From: Curvularia clavata
Taxonomy: Eukaryota
Direction: 5' to 3'
DNA length: 64,000 nt
Assembly: GCA_023920165.1 (NCBI GenBank)
Contig: CP089277.1
Coordinates: 868,001 to 932,000, forward strand
Under the pieces are notes generated by a model, which worked only from the letters and a program-made list of their open reading frames with translations, made no database searches and was not told the origin of the DNA. A program made the translations under genes and the position numbers. Below are positions 24,889-37,572 of the stretch, in pieces (position 1 is the first letter of the stretch; the number at the start of each line of letters is the position of its first letter).

Positions 24889-26572
24889 GAATGAGGACAG
24901 AGCGAGGATAAGAAGGAAAAAAGCCCACCGGTGGTTTTAAACGTACTCGGGCCCCATCTCCACACCCCATACCGCTCAAACTCGCCGAAATCTCCAACGG
25001 GAACGTGACCCTTTTCCTTGGCCCCAAATCTTAAAACGAGCCCACCTGCCTCACCAACCTACTAACAGACGTGCCCGTATATATATTGTGTAAAACAATC
25101 CCAAGAACAGATGATCAAACAATATGCTTATATATGCGAGCGTAACAACCCAAAAAACGGGGATAAGAAGGAATATGAGAAACGCGACCTAAGCCCCCCT
25201 TTATACCCACGCGACATAGCTACATTTTTTACCGCAGCCGTGTACATCTATGTAGGATAAACAAACAGCATCTCCAAGAAGGGAAGGTAGCGTCTGTTAC
25301 AACGCGCGTTCGTACATAATCACCCACCCGCTTGTTTTGCCCACAGAGGGAGGGATTGGCGGTTTTTGGCGGGTTTATCTTCTTCATCTCCGATCCTTTT
25401 CTGGGTTTCTTACCATAGGGATGGATGGATCACCCCCGTGTAACCAGACTCCAGGAATCTGGATGGAAGGAATTTGTGGGATTCGTGTTGGTGGTGGGAT
25501 GATGGAGCTGTTTTTCGTATTTTCTTGTAGGCTGGTGGTTGTTTTGGTGGGTGGGGGATGATGATCATTGTCCTTTTTTGGGGCGCGAGGGGCGGGATGG
25601 GTTATATTATGGAGGATTGAGGGTGGGGTGGGTATGACGATAGGATGATTGGGAGGCGTGTGGTTGGATACGTGTGGTTTTAATGCGAGTGTGTGTTTGT
25701 TTTTGATAGAGAGAAGGAGGGGAGGGTCGGACAGATGGGTCAGGCGGGCCTTTTGGTCCTCGGAGTATATACATTTGTAGGGCCTTTCTGCAGTACTGTG
25801 TACTGAAATCGTAAGGCTGATTGGAGATAGTGGGAGATGGTCTGAACCATTTGGAGTTTACGTCTTTTCTGTGTACATGTGAGCTCATACCCTGTTAGCT
25901 TCCTCTTGAACACTTTACCCCCTCGCCTAACCGTAAATGTTGCTCTCACAACAGTAAACAATATGACGAGCAAGCTTCGGGGCACGTGAAATGCTTTTTC
26001 TGGAAAACTACCATGTCATCTCTAATATTCCGCAAAGTAGAGCTTCCACTATCCAGAAGGTCTATGTCATGGCATCGCCGTCAATGCACAAAATATCGTT
26101 TGAAACAGATTGAATATCGAGAGGAGACTTCCAAATTCAATGCACCAAAATTTCCCTAGCTTGTACTACATTACTCCAGATCCAAGACATGGTTGCAGGG
26201 CCATGCGAAGACGTTCTCGTTGCATGTACTAAACACGTGGTCGACTTAGCCCTTGCAGACTGCACGTCTGAATCGCAGGTCAGCGACGGTTTGTAAAACC
26301 AACAGAACACAGCTGATCGTTGTTATGCTTGGTTAGGTGGCCATATTAACATGCTACCAAGAGCGCTGGGATGAGCTGGGTAAATAGCAGGGGAATGGTC
26401 GAGGGTTGGTGGAAGCTATGGCGTCACCCTGCGAACCCTGAAGATCGGCCGCGACGGGCTCGTTCGGCGGTGTCTCCCAGCCCGTGAACCAACAACGAGA
26501 TGCCCTCACCGGCTCGACGAATACCAGACATTTCGATGCCCTCGGACGAGCGCTGACCCACCCTCTGCTCCA

Positions 26573-29500
26573 ATGCACCCAGCCCTCTCTACATTGGCCG
26601 ATCATGTCGTCAAATACCGTGACGCCCTCTTCTTGCTCGCGCCGCCGCTCTACGTCGCCCTCACAGCTGTCGCGGCTCTCTACACGCCTACCCACCACTC
26701 GCTTCTCGTGACGGCCGTTTCATGGCTCATAGTATGGGTTCCTGCAGTATTCTGGGTCGGGATATACTCCAATAGCAGCAAAGCGCAGAGGAAGGCGGGC
26801 TGGCTGGCTGGAGCACTTCTGGGTCTATCAGCGATATGCGACCGCGCAGCGTGCGACAAACATGGCATTTGGGCAACAAAGGTAACCTTTTGTGCAACAT
26901 CAAGCTTGACTTCCCGTTCTCTGACGCTCTACAGGCTCTCTTACTCTTTTTTGCCAACCTCTTCGCAGACAATGAGCTCCTGGCCAGACGTCTGGCACTA
27001 CCTACCTACACTCCCCTCGAGGACCATGCGACTGAGAAGAAAGTTTCTACCGAAAGTGCAGGCCACGTAGACCATACTGGGACCTTGGTGGTGTTAACCA
27101 TCTGCGCGAGCGGCGCTTTGGGCGTCTACACTACACCCACCACCTTCGTGCTTGGACTCAGCAGTGCTATATTTGCCGCGGTTGGCCTTGTCATGTTCAA
27201 GTCCATAATTATGGCTGCGGCACCTGAGGAAGGCGAAGACACAAAGCGCAAACTCACGTCTGGGACTGTGGACCTTCGCGCTGCAATCACTGGTGTTCAC
27301 AAGGCACAGCGCCTGGCTGCGCTGAGAGACGTCGCCGTAGCTATTGCCGTCGTGTGCGGCATTGCATCTATCCTCATGGAGTCTTCTGTTTCCGCGAGTA
27401 ACATCTCATGGGAACCCACATATCAGGAATACGAACGAGAATGGAGAGATGTGCACAATTTTCGCATCCTCCAACATTTCTTGTGGATGTTACCTGTTAA
27501 CGCGATTGTAAATCTTCTGACTTTTATCATGGTACGGCATTTTTGAAATATTTTCAGAAAAAGAAACAGTTTCTCGACCGGCCTAGCTAACTCAGCACAG
27601 ATCTATCTTATAGGCGCTGGACACCTTACCCTAGTGACTGTGTTTTCACTTCTCGGGATGAGACTTTTTTCTGCACCATCCTACTCCTTCGTCCTCTTCA
27701 TGCTCATATTCGATTCAACTGCGTTGATTTATGTCTCTGAGAAACTCTTACGTGGAACTGGTGAGATGCGGCGTTTCCGGGGATTGAGAATCGTCGCCTT
27801 TGTCGCCACGGCTGCTGTAGTTGGGAGCTTGCTATTCGGACGCTATAGTGCACAGCGAACAGTACCAGTCAGATCAGACGGGTTTTTTGTTCCCCCTGAC
27901 ATGGCGTCCAGCGCATCGTTGGATCCAATCCCGATGGACATGAGCAAGGGGCACCCGGCTGCCCAGCTGATCGATGCGGCAGAAGCGGAATTTCAAAAAA
28001 TTCTCAACCGGCAGTCCAAATCCCTGGCCGAGGCTGTGTCAGAATATCGTCGTAGACACGGGATATCGCCACCTCCCCATTTCGACAAATGGTACGAGTT
28101 TGCCAGACGGAACGGCGTTGTCATGATCGACGAATATGACATGATAAACGAGATGTTGCTACCATTTTGGGCGCTAAAGCCAGCAACAATTCGGTCACGA
28201 ATTGCGAGTGCACTTGGTCATGAAGATAGTGCGTTGCTGGCTGTTGCGATAAGGCATGGGGCTGTGGAGAACTTCCAAAATGGCGAGGAATGGCAACAGC
28301 AAGCGACCGTCGGTATGATGAAGGATTTCGTGCAGTATCTGCCTGATATGGACCTAGGCTTCAACTTACACGACGAACCACGAGTTATCGTGCCCAACAA
28401 TCTGCTTTCTTCAATGATTGCCAAAGCAAGGAATGAAGTACTTCCGCGCGCTGCAAAGAATGCCTCGCCTCGCAATGGGTTTTCTGAGCATCCGGCGGAT
28501 CTGAACGATGGTACTCGGTTCGTTGAAAGCAGTACAACAAAGTTTAATCGCTTTGCTCATCAGCAGACCTGGACTCACTCGAGACTGTCTTGTCCTGCTG
28601 ATTCCCAGGCCCAGACGTTTGAAGACGAGGCTGCCGATAACCGTAAGGCCTATGCTACCAGTGATCTGGGCTTCATTTATAATATGACCGCCTTTTCCGA
28701 TATCTGTAACTCGCCGTCCCTTTCTTCGACGTATGGCTTTTTCGAACGACCAAACGCTTTCAATATCATCCACGAGCTCACACCTGTGTTCTCGCAATCC
28801 AAGATATCTAGCTTCCAGGATATCCTATATCCTAGTCCATGGTACTGGATGGGCAAGGTAGGCTACGATGAAACGCGTGACACAACCTGGGAAAACAAGA
28901 CAAATAGTCTCTACTGGCGTGGTTCTACAACTGGAGGCTTCAGTCGCAATGGAGGCTGGAGACGCCAACACCGCCAGCATGTTGTTCGGCGCCTTAATGC
29001 ACCCGATACAGCTAAAATCCTCGAACCGGTTCGCAGTCCATCAAAGGACAAAAATCCCATCACCAATTACACCGTCGCCGAAGTTGATCGCATGGCTTTC
29101 AAAGACCTCATTGACGTACGTTTCTCCCACATCGGACAGTGCGATCCAGGCGACTGCGACGCCCAAAAAGAGTTTTTCAAAGTCACCGAGCGCGTCGATG
29201 GCCAAGATGCATGGTACTACAAGCACCTCCTCGACATGGACGGCAACGCCTTCTCTGGCCGCTTCTACAGCTTCCTCAAAAGCCGCAGCCTAACATACAA
29301 AATGGCCCTCTTCCGCGAATGGCACGCCGAGTGGCTCATGCCCTGGGTCCACTACATTCCGCTCAGTCTCCGCGGCGACGAACACCTCGATCTCGTGCGC
29401 TGGTTCAGCGGCACAAAAGTATTCGACAAGGATGGCGACGGTAAGCTGGATCACAGCGACGCGGATGGCGGGAAGAAGGGGGGTAATGGGAACAGCGAGG

Positions 29501-29658
29501 GGGAGAAGAGGGCAAGGCAGATTGCGATAAGGAGTACAGAGTGGCATGATAAGGTGCTGCGTAATGTGGATTTTGAAGCGTGGTTCTTTAGGCTGCTGCT
29601 GGAGTATGGGCGCGTGGTGGATGACAATAGAGAGGAAATTGGGTTTCCGGGACCGTGA
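26573..29658 (+). CDS. Glycosyltransferase family 90 (CAP10/Cxt1 xylosyltransferase-like) with N-terminal multi-pass membrane region, about 987 aa; exons 26573-26881, 26935-27531, 27601-29658
   Basis: Motifs AVSEYRRRHGISPPPHFDKWY, FNLHDEPRV, PVFSQSK, LYWRGSTTGG, DMDGNAFSGRF and PWVHYIP; two phase-0 introns join the upstream hydrophobic ORFs. Confidence 0.9.
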
Positions 29659-31077
29659 GGATAGATGAAAGTGTGGGTCCAAGGGAATGGGGGGGAGGTT
29701 TTTGCTTTCAATTGTTCTTTTCTTGTCCTTTTTTTTGGCGCCTGAAATTGGTAGAAATAGATGGTGAGTGGAAAGAGGAGTTGGGGGTAATGTAAATATG
29801 TGGCGCAAGATGGGCCTCGCCTGGAAACGAGAATAAAAAAAAGAGCTTGTGAGAAGTTGAGATAAATTTTCATGAGATGATCCATCCGCCAGTGAGCTAC
29901 TCTAGCCAAAGAGTTTGAGATATGTATAGTTGACTGGGAGTGAGCTGTAGAAGGCAAGGGCTAGACCTGACAGTTACTATACTATCCAAGGGCCGTGGTG
30001 CCTTTATATATTGGGTTCTCTTTTGTGTTCAGAATAACAATAAACTCACGCATACAATGTGTGCTACAACCATGCTGTGAGCCTTTAATACTATCTGAGC
30101 TCAGTGCAAACATGGGTAATGTTCCTGGAGAGTACATCTGCACTTGCGGTCTCTCACTTTTACTTCTTTTGCTATGGAAATACACACATCGCACGCCCTA
30201 CGGAGAGCTTGTTGCATTTCTTTTCTTCGGTAGGATTCTCTTCTACAGCTATGGAATGTCTTTCTCAACACGGCGGTACTTGATTTGATAATTAGTGTTG
30301 GCTTGATCTAGGCTTGTGTTTATATCTGTAAATGATTCTGGGCCCGGTTTCTTGATTTCTTGTGAACCTGGATAGAGAAACTCTCTTGACAGACGTCTAC
30401 CGCTTTTTTAGATACGGGAGCACGATATAATGCTGGGAATCGTTATATTGAGACGGAAGAACAAGGTACTTTACTTCGTCTGCTGCTAATTCAAGCCAAT
30501 ATACTGAAACGAATAGAAAAGGAATAAGAGGCTGGCGGATATATTGGTTTCGTCTGGATGGCTCGTGACGGAGTTCGGCACGTCAGACCGAAGTCGTGTA
30601 TTTCTCATGATATTATAGAGGAGACTGTGTTCATGATTCAACTGCAATGTGGTTATTCGACGTCCATTTTTAAGAATGCGTGACAAGCTCCTGTTAACAC
30701 TCTTAAAAAATCCCGAAGAGCATAACAAGCTACAACATTAGCAAACCAGATTATGTTGGATCTTCTTATACTTCTTCTTTGTCTGTAAAGAGCGAAAGAA
30801 GGAGACATGGTACGAGCCCTTAGTGCCTGGTGGTGAGGCATGAGACAACACAGCGAAGCACTAATAAGCTCGAGATGAATAAAATGCAATGCCATTAAAA
30901 ACAAACTCCTTTACAGAACGCCAGCCAAGTTCGTTCAGGTCGTTGCTCCCAATTTGTATCCCTCAGACCTCACAACAATACTCCCCTATGCTAGTAATCC
31001 CGCAATTCATTTGAATTCATAAAAAAGGGTTCAGAACCATGAACACGGCTTCAAGCCAATATTTTCCCATCTCTTTT

Positions 31078-32084
31078 TCAGTCCCTGGTCACCTTGACAC
31101 CGTACTCGGAAAAGAAGTGGCACTGCTTGTTATGGACAATGCCAGAATTTTCCTCGTTGAACACATTGCATCCGTACGTAGCCGCATTGGGTGGTGTGTA
31201 TACTTGGATTGGTTAGCTAAAGATTTGACATTGATATTCACAGTCCGATCTTACAGTGCAAAGAAACAGCGTATTCGGTCGGATCCGGGTTGGAAATGCG
31301 ATGGGTTCCCAGGGTGTCCGCCATGTACGTGACTTGGTTCTCCGAGTATGTAGTCTCGCAAGTTTTGGTCATAGGACGTTGGTTTTGAACATCTTCGTCC
31401 GTAGGCGTAGCGAACCGGGTTTCGGTGAGGCGGCCCCTGAGGACCTTCATGATGCAGTGCGCATTGGCGTGGCTATGCAACGTTAGCATCCGGTTCCGAT
31501 TTGTCGAGCCATGTGTATCGGTGGATTCAAAGTTGACATGTAAAGCGTTTCTTTTGGAAGTGTTGTTGGGCTTATCGGAGTGTGGTCGTCTTACCGGCTT
31601 GTCTCCTGTACTGACGCAACGATCAATAGATCGGCGAACACAGTCGCTTCGTCGTGCAGAAGACTGGGGCCATGGATTGCGATTTGGATTCGGAATCATC
31701 GGAGAAATAAAGAGTACACAGCGAGCACTATCGTTAATCACCAGAGGATATGTTACTTACTCATGAATTGGGCTCTTTTTACCGGGTCCCCAGACCAGAA
31801 TGAGCTATATTGTTAGCATATCATAGTATGTAGAATAGTGCAAATCATACCAGATTGCTCTTTCCATTGCCCTTGTCGACCAAATTGCGAGTATAAGGTA
31901 TTTTGTCCGAAGCAAAAAAGTATCTGCTCCATTCTGACTCATTGGAGGTATAGGCTTCCATCAATTGTTGAAGCTCATTTTCGTCTACATCGGCAGAGTC
32001 AATGCCACGACTGGGCCCGAGTTTCTCATTGATGGCCTGGACAAGAGCGTGGAATTCATCGATTTCGGTGTTGCGGCCAATCAT
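31078..32084 (-). CDS. CDO1: Cysteine dioxygenase; introns 31805-31850, 31473-31760, 31203-31254
   Basis: YTRNLVDKGNGKSNL|LILVWGPGKKSPIHD|HANAHCIMKVL..LGTHRISN..AVSLH|LYTPP cupin motifs. Confidence 0.93.
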
Positions 32085-32657
32085 GCTGACAGTATGTGAT
32101 TTTCAAAACGCGAGTTGCGAAAGATGTTTGTTAGTTGCTCGGATGGACGACGGATAGCAGAGCTGAAGATGAAGTAGCTCGGATGCAGAGATAAGATAGC
32201 GAGCGCGGAGTTGATATGGAAAGGGCGGTCTGAACAGGGTTATCGGGTTGGCTGTTCAACGGATACGTGTGTGTGCAGGACACGGTGAGTTTATTATGTA
32301 ATTTGCTGCGGGCTTTAAAGCTCGTGACATGTGGAGCGGTCAGTTATTCGCCGTCTTAGGATGCACCTCATACGACGCTTTTTGGACGGGAGGGTGTTGT
32401 CGGCGATTCAAACCTCACCAGCGGCTTCTATCGGGCATATCAGCTTGGAGAAGGAACCATGGAAGCGTATATGGAAGGCCGAATAGAAGGATTCTACATA
32501 TGACGCTAACCACATACAGTGGCGGTGAAAAGTACTGCCGGAATGCCGTGCCCCGCTTCGTCATTGGCGGACTGGCGTCACTCATCAAATTTCTGAACGA
32601 CAACATCGCCTCTCTACATTGACGGCGGAGTAAGACAAGTGTAGACAATACGGCAAC

Positions 32658-34071
32658 ATGGCGACTACAGTAGACAAGGTTGGTATTGGCTCCGGAAAAA
32701 CGATGCTATGTCGCTTGCTAACAGTATGGCATAGATCAAAGAGATCGAGGCCGAAGTAAGGCACATTCAACCTGCGATTGTAGCACCATCACTTACACCA
32801 GCTGTAGATGGCCAAGACTCAAAAGAACAAGGCGACGTCTTTCCATCTTGGTATGGCGATCGATAGAACATGGCATGTTAGCATGCTTACGGATGAATAG
32901 GACAACTGAAGGCAAAGCTCGCCAAACTGAAGAGGGAGCTGCTTGAGCCCTCGAGTGGCGGTGGTGGCGGTGGTGTAGGATTCGATGTTGCCAGAACTGG
33001 TGTTGCCAGTGTTGGCTTTATTGGGTTCCCCTCGGTGGGCAAGAGTACGCTCATGAGCAGGCTGACAGGACAGCACTCCGAAGCTGCCGCCTACGAGTTT
33101 ACAACGGTATGTCAAGCAAATATGCTGCATTGACCAAAGCTGACTGTGGACAGCTTACTACTGTGCCTGGCCAAGTTATATACAACGGAGCGAAAATCCA
33201 GATTCTTGATCTTCCCGGTATCATTCAGGGTGCAAAGGACGGCAAAGGTCGTGGACGACAGGTCATTGCCGTGGCAAAGACTTGCCACTTGATCTTTATT
33301 GTTTTGGACGTCAACAAGCCCCTGACAGACAAACGCGTTATCGAGAATGAATTAGAAGGCTTTGGCATTCGGATCAACAAGAGCCCGCCAAACATTGTCT
33401 TGAAGAAGAAAGACAAGGGCGGTATCAATATCACCGCCACGGTTCCACTTACGCACATCGATCACGGCGAGATCAAGGCTGTATTGAACGAGTATCGAAT
33501 GGCGAACGCGGACGTGGCCATCCGATGCGACGCCACAGTCGACGACCTGATTGACGTGATCGAGGCGAAGAGTCGGAGCTATATTCCGGTTATCTACGCG
33601 CTCAACAAGATTGACGCCATTAGTATCGAGGAGCTCGACCTGCTGTATCGAATCCCGAACGCCTGCCCTATCAGCTCTGAGCATGGCTGGAACATTGACG
33701 AGCTTCTCGAGCAGATGTGGGAGAAGCTGAACCTTGTGCGGGTGTACACGAAGCCGAAGGGCAAGATGCCGGACTATTCTGCGCCAGTGGTATTGCGATC
33801 AACAGCATGCACCGTTGAAGACTTCGTATGTCTTTTATTTGCAATCAAAGGAGAAGACGCTAGCTAACTGGAGATAGTGTAATTCGATCCACAAGACGAT
33901 TGTGGACAACTTCAAGCATGCCATTGTCTACGGCAAATCTTGCAAGCATCAGCCCCAGCGAGTGGGACTGTCACATGAACTTGCAGACGAGGATATCGGT
34001 ACGTATAAGTCGCTCTCAGTGGAGTATTCTTTTGGCTCACGTGTTGGCCAGTGACGATTGTCAAACGCTAG
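32658..34071 (+). CDS. RBG1: Developmentally regulated GTP-binding protein DRG1/Rbg1 (multi-exon)
   Basis: [58 protein letters not shown] and a C-terminal TGS domain ending VTIVKR*. Confidence 0.94.
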
Positions 34072-35785
34072 AAAAGGTCTCGTGAGAGAGTGTGATAGCA
34101 TGGGGAGAGGGCATGGGAGTAGTGGATCCGGTCTTGCCATTGCGTGAGTAGAGTGGAGGCGACATGTGGATGGCTGAGTTGTGTCTCACTGGGATACCAA
34201 TATTAGGTGGCAGCAGAAAGGATGACGAGGAACAGAGGCTTGGAGCCGACATGGCGACTTGTATTGGCCAAGAGGATGATCCAGTAGCACGACGGACGAC
34301 AGCAAAGACGGCACTAGTCGGTGGGCAAGGCCGCTTACGGCGCGGATCGTACCTGCCAATCGCTAAGAGTCAAGGGACTGGTGGCGGTCCGATACCGTCC
34401 GCGGGCACCTCAGCAGCATGGACCGGACCCCTAAGGCGAGGGTGTGGCCCACGATGCCGTCTGTCGCGGAGGGCTGTGGGTGGTGACGACAAGTGCAGGT
34501 GGTACCGGAAGCGTGTCAGTGGGACTTGGCCGCGAAGAATCAGGACGAGTGGTTTGCTTTTTTTCTTCCATATTTGTCGAGTCGGAATTTGATGGAATCA
34601 GATCAGCATTGCCTGGCCCCAGTTTTTGTGCATGGCATGGATTTCCGTTATTGGCTTCGAGTGCTAACGGACATAGCGGACGATTCAGAACAAATGGACA
34701 GGGATTGGGGGCAGACTGGCGACTCAGAGGGCAGGCTGTCAGTCGGGCGCTAAAGTATTCTGGCTGCCGGAGCGTGAGTGGCTGGTCGGCAAAAGCTAGT
34801 GCGGACAAGAGAAGCTCATGGGCGCGATTATCGCAGCTTTCCGAAAGCGTTTCAGCCGTCGACACTTTCTGTCTCTCCTTTATGCACAGGCGATGATTGA
34901 CGACAAGCCCCTGGGGCGTGGGAATCGCCACTGGCTCGCGTACCTGAGCAGCGCTGAATCAGTTTCCGATGTTTGGCGCCACGAGGGCACGGCAACGGCC
35001 AGGAAAGCTGGCGCGCCAGGCGGACGAGGCGGAGACGGAGGCGGAGACGCCAAAAAGGCGACGACAGATTAGCCGGAGACTTGGACACGAAGAGGAGGAG
35101 GATCCTGCGAGCCGGCGGCGGCGGCATCGCGACAGCATTTGGCCCTGGGCAGGGCAGGCAGGGCCGTCGACGTACAAGCATCCCACATCCATCGCAGGTG
35201 GCCGCATAACTCTGGCCCGCGCAGTGCCTAGGGGCGCATCCCCGATGAGGCGCTAAGCCCAACGTTGCAGCTCGTCGCTTGGCCGGCTGGCGGCCAGGAT
35301 CAGCGTGTCTGTGTGTCTGTGCCGGCAACCTTGGGCTCGAAACAAACAGGGCGCCCTCCCGCCAGCTGCGCTAGGCCGCGCCCGCATCGCACAGCCAGGG
35401 CCTGCTACCACCGTCCCCAGACTTAGACTCAAGTACGCGCTGCAGGCCCGTCGCGCCAGCCTTTCCCTGCAGTCTCTTGCCTTGCCTCGCCTTGCCGCGC
35501 CTGGTGGGTGTGCCTCTGTCGCTATTTGGCTCTTGTACCCAGCGCTTTTCACTGCCTTATCCCCGCCCTCCCCCAAGCTGCATTGCGTCGTTGCAAGTTT
35601 CGCCTCAGGAACCCCAATCTCATCTCATGCATACATGCATGTATGCCTGCCCTCGACCTTTCTGACCTCATCCGGAATACCATCTCGACCGTGTAGATGC
35701 ATATCTCCGTATAACTCCCTCGCCTGCCCCCCCGACAAGTACCCCCGTATCGCTTCCACTGCCTTTTACCGCTCCTCTCTCCGAC

Positions 35786-37572
35786 ATGAGCCAGCTGCAC
35801 ATGGATCACGAGCACCATCTCCACCAGGAGCCCTTTGAGGACCAACATGCTGCCTGGCGTCCAGACGCTGCATACAACACCCATCACCAATCCCCAGTTC
35901 AAGATTACAATGCCTTCTCCACCTACCCACCACTTCCCATGGAACCCCTCTATGCCACCGGAATGCATCCACCACCACAACACCAATCCCACCCAACCCC
36001 AAGGAACACGCACCCGCAACTCCAGCCGCTGATCATGCCCCAAATGCCACAATGGCCCAGCATGCTCACCAGCCAGTCGACATACCAAGCTCCCATCTTC
36101 CCCTCCGCCCCACCACCCATAACACCAGCATCAGCAACCCCAGTGTCTGCCACTTCAACCCAGTCCCGCACGTCATCCACACCTCGCAAGACTCTCACAG
36201 ACGCAGACCGCAGGCGTATGTGCCAGTACCATGAGGACAATCCCACTGTCAAGCAAACGGAAATTGGAGGTACGCCAACTTTGAGTCCAATCTCTTCTAT
36301 GCAAACATCACTGACGTTAATCCTAGCAATGTTTGGAGTGGAGCGAAGGTACCACTGCATACGCCTTCATGTATCTTGCCGTGCTGACAGCTGTGTAGTA
36401 CCGTTTCAAAAGTCCTGCGCCAAAAAGAAAAGTACCTTTACCAGGACGATGGCAGCCGGTCCCCTATCAAAAGATCAAAGGGCAAATTCCCAGACATTGA
36501 ACGCGCCCTCTCCAACTGGGCAAGAAACCACCAAAGGCAAGGGTTGCCGCTATCAGATGCCATCATCCGCGACAAGGCACGTTTCTTTGCCCAGACAGTC
36601 GGCAACTCGGACAGCCACCTCAAGGCCAACAGCACGAGCTGGCTGGAAAAGTTTAAGCAAAAGAACCACCTCATGGGTGCAAAATCAAGAAAAGGTTCCA
36701 TAGCAGAAGAGTCTGAGGGAACCTCGAATCCGCCCTCGAATGTGCATACGCCGGGCGCTATCTCGCCCACCTCACCAGGCGGAGGAGTATCGCCAGGCAC
36801 TGCAACTATGAAAGCTAAGAAGAGCGAAGAAAACCTCAAAACAGAAAGCCCAGATACGTTTGATTTCTCAGACCACCGCAGACCGTTTCATTCGCAGAGC
36901 AGCACTTCGTTGTCCAGTGTCTTCACCGACAATGCACCATCGACCTTTTCAGCTGGCCCTACCAGCCCTACATCGCTCTCTTCTCCCTTCTTCACACCAG
37001 ACTCAGCCTGTGGACCAAATCCGTTCATGGGCAACCGCCAGCCCGGCAACGGGCAGCCAGGGAGCAGCAACTTTCAACGACCACGAAGCCAGACCTTCCC
37101 GATGCTTGTGGGCGTGGAACAGTACATGTCACCTCCGGGTTCGTCAGATGCACTTACTCCAAAGTACGTGAGCAGCGGCAACCTCGACTCTCCTATGGCA
37201 GATATGCCTGGAAATCTACCCGCCATCGACGAATCCATGTCACTGTCACCAACACAAGTTCCCAACTCGATGCAGCCACCTCCCCTACCAAGTACCTCTG
37301 GCCAAACGGATGACAACTCTGCTCGTCCAGACCTTTCGCCCATGACACCGTCTCAGGAAGAAGCTGCGCGCGCGCTCGAGCTAGTCATGAGCTTCTTCCA
37401 GTCGCAGAATGCCGGTTTTGTAGTCGAGCCACAAGAGTATGTGACCATCGGCAAGCTGATGGAGAAGCTGCGAATCAAGCGTGGTTCCGAGAGCTTGTCC
37501 TCTGATATGCGACGGGTGTCAGAGTCCAACTTTGTCACCAGCAAGCTGGAGAGTGTCGATGCCATCCACTGA
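35786..37572 (+). CDS. CENP-B-type (pogo/Tc5-like) tandem HTH DNA-binding protein without DDE domain; exons 35786-36269, 36327-36348, 36399-37572
   Basis: RKTLTDADRRRMC..KQTEIG|AMFGVER|STVSKVL (first HTH) and GKFPDIERALSNW..PLSDAIIRDKARFFA..SWLEKFK (second HTH), then an S/P-rich tail. Confidence 0.85.

Noticed and set aside
35786..37572. Active pogo/Tc5 transposon
   Set aside because: Only the HTH domains are present; no DDE catalytic domain or terminal inverted repeats were seen, so it is treated as a host gene.
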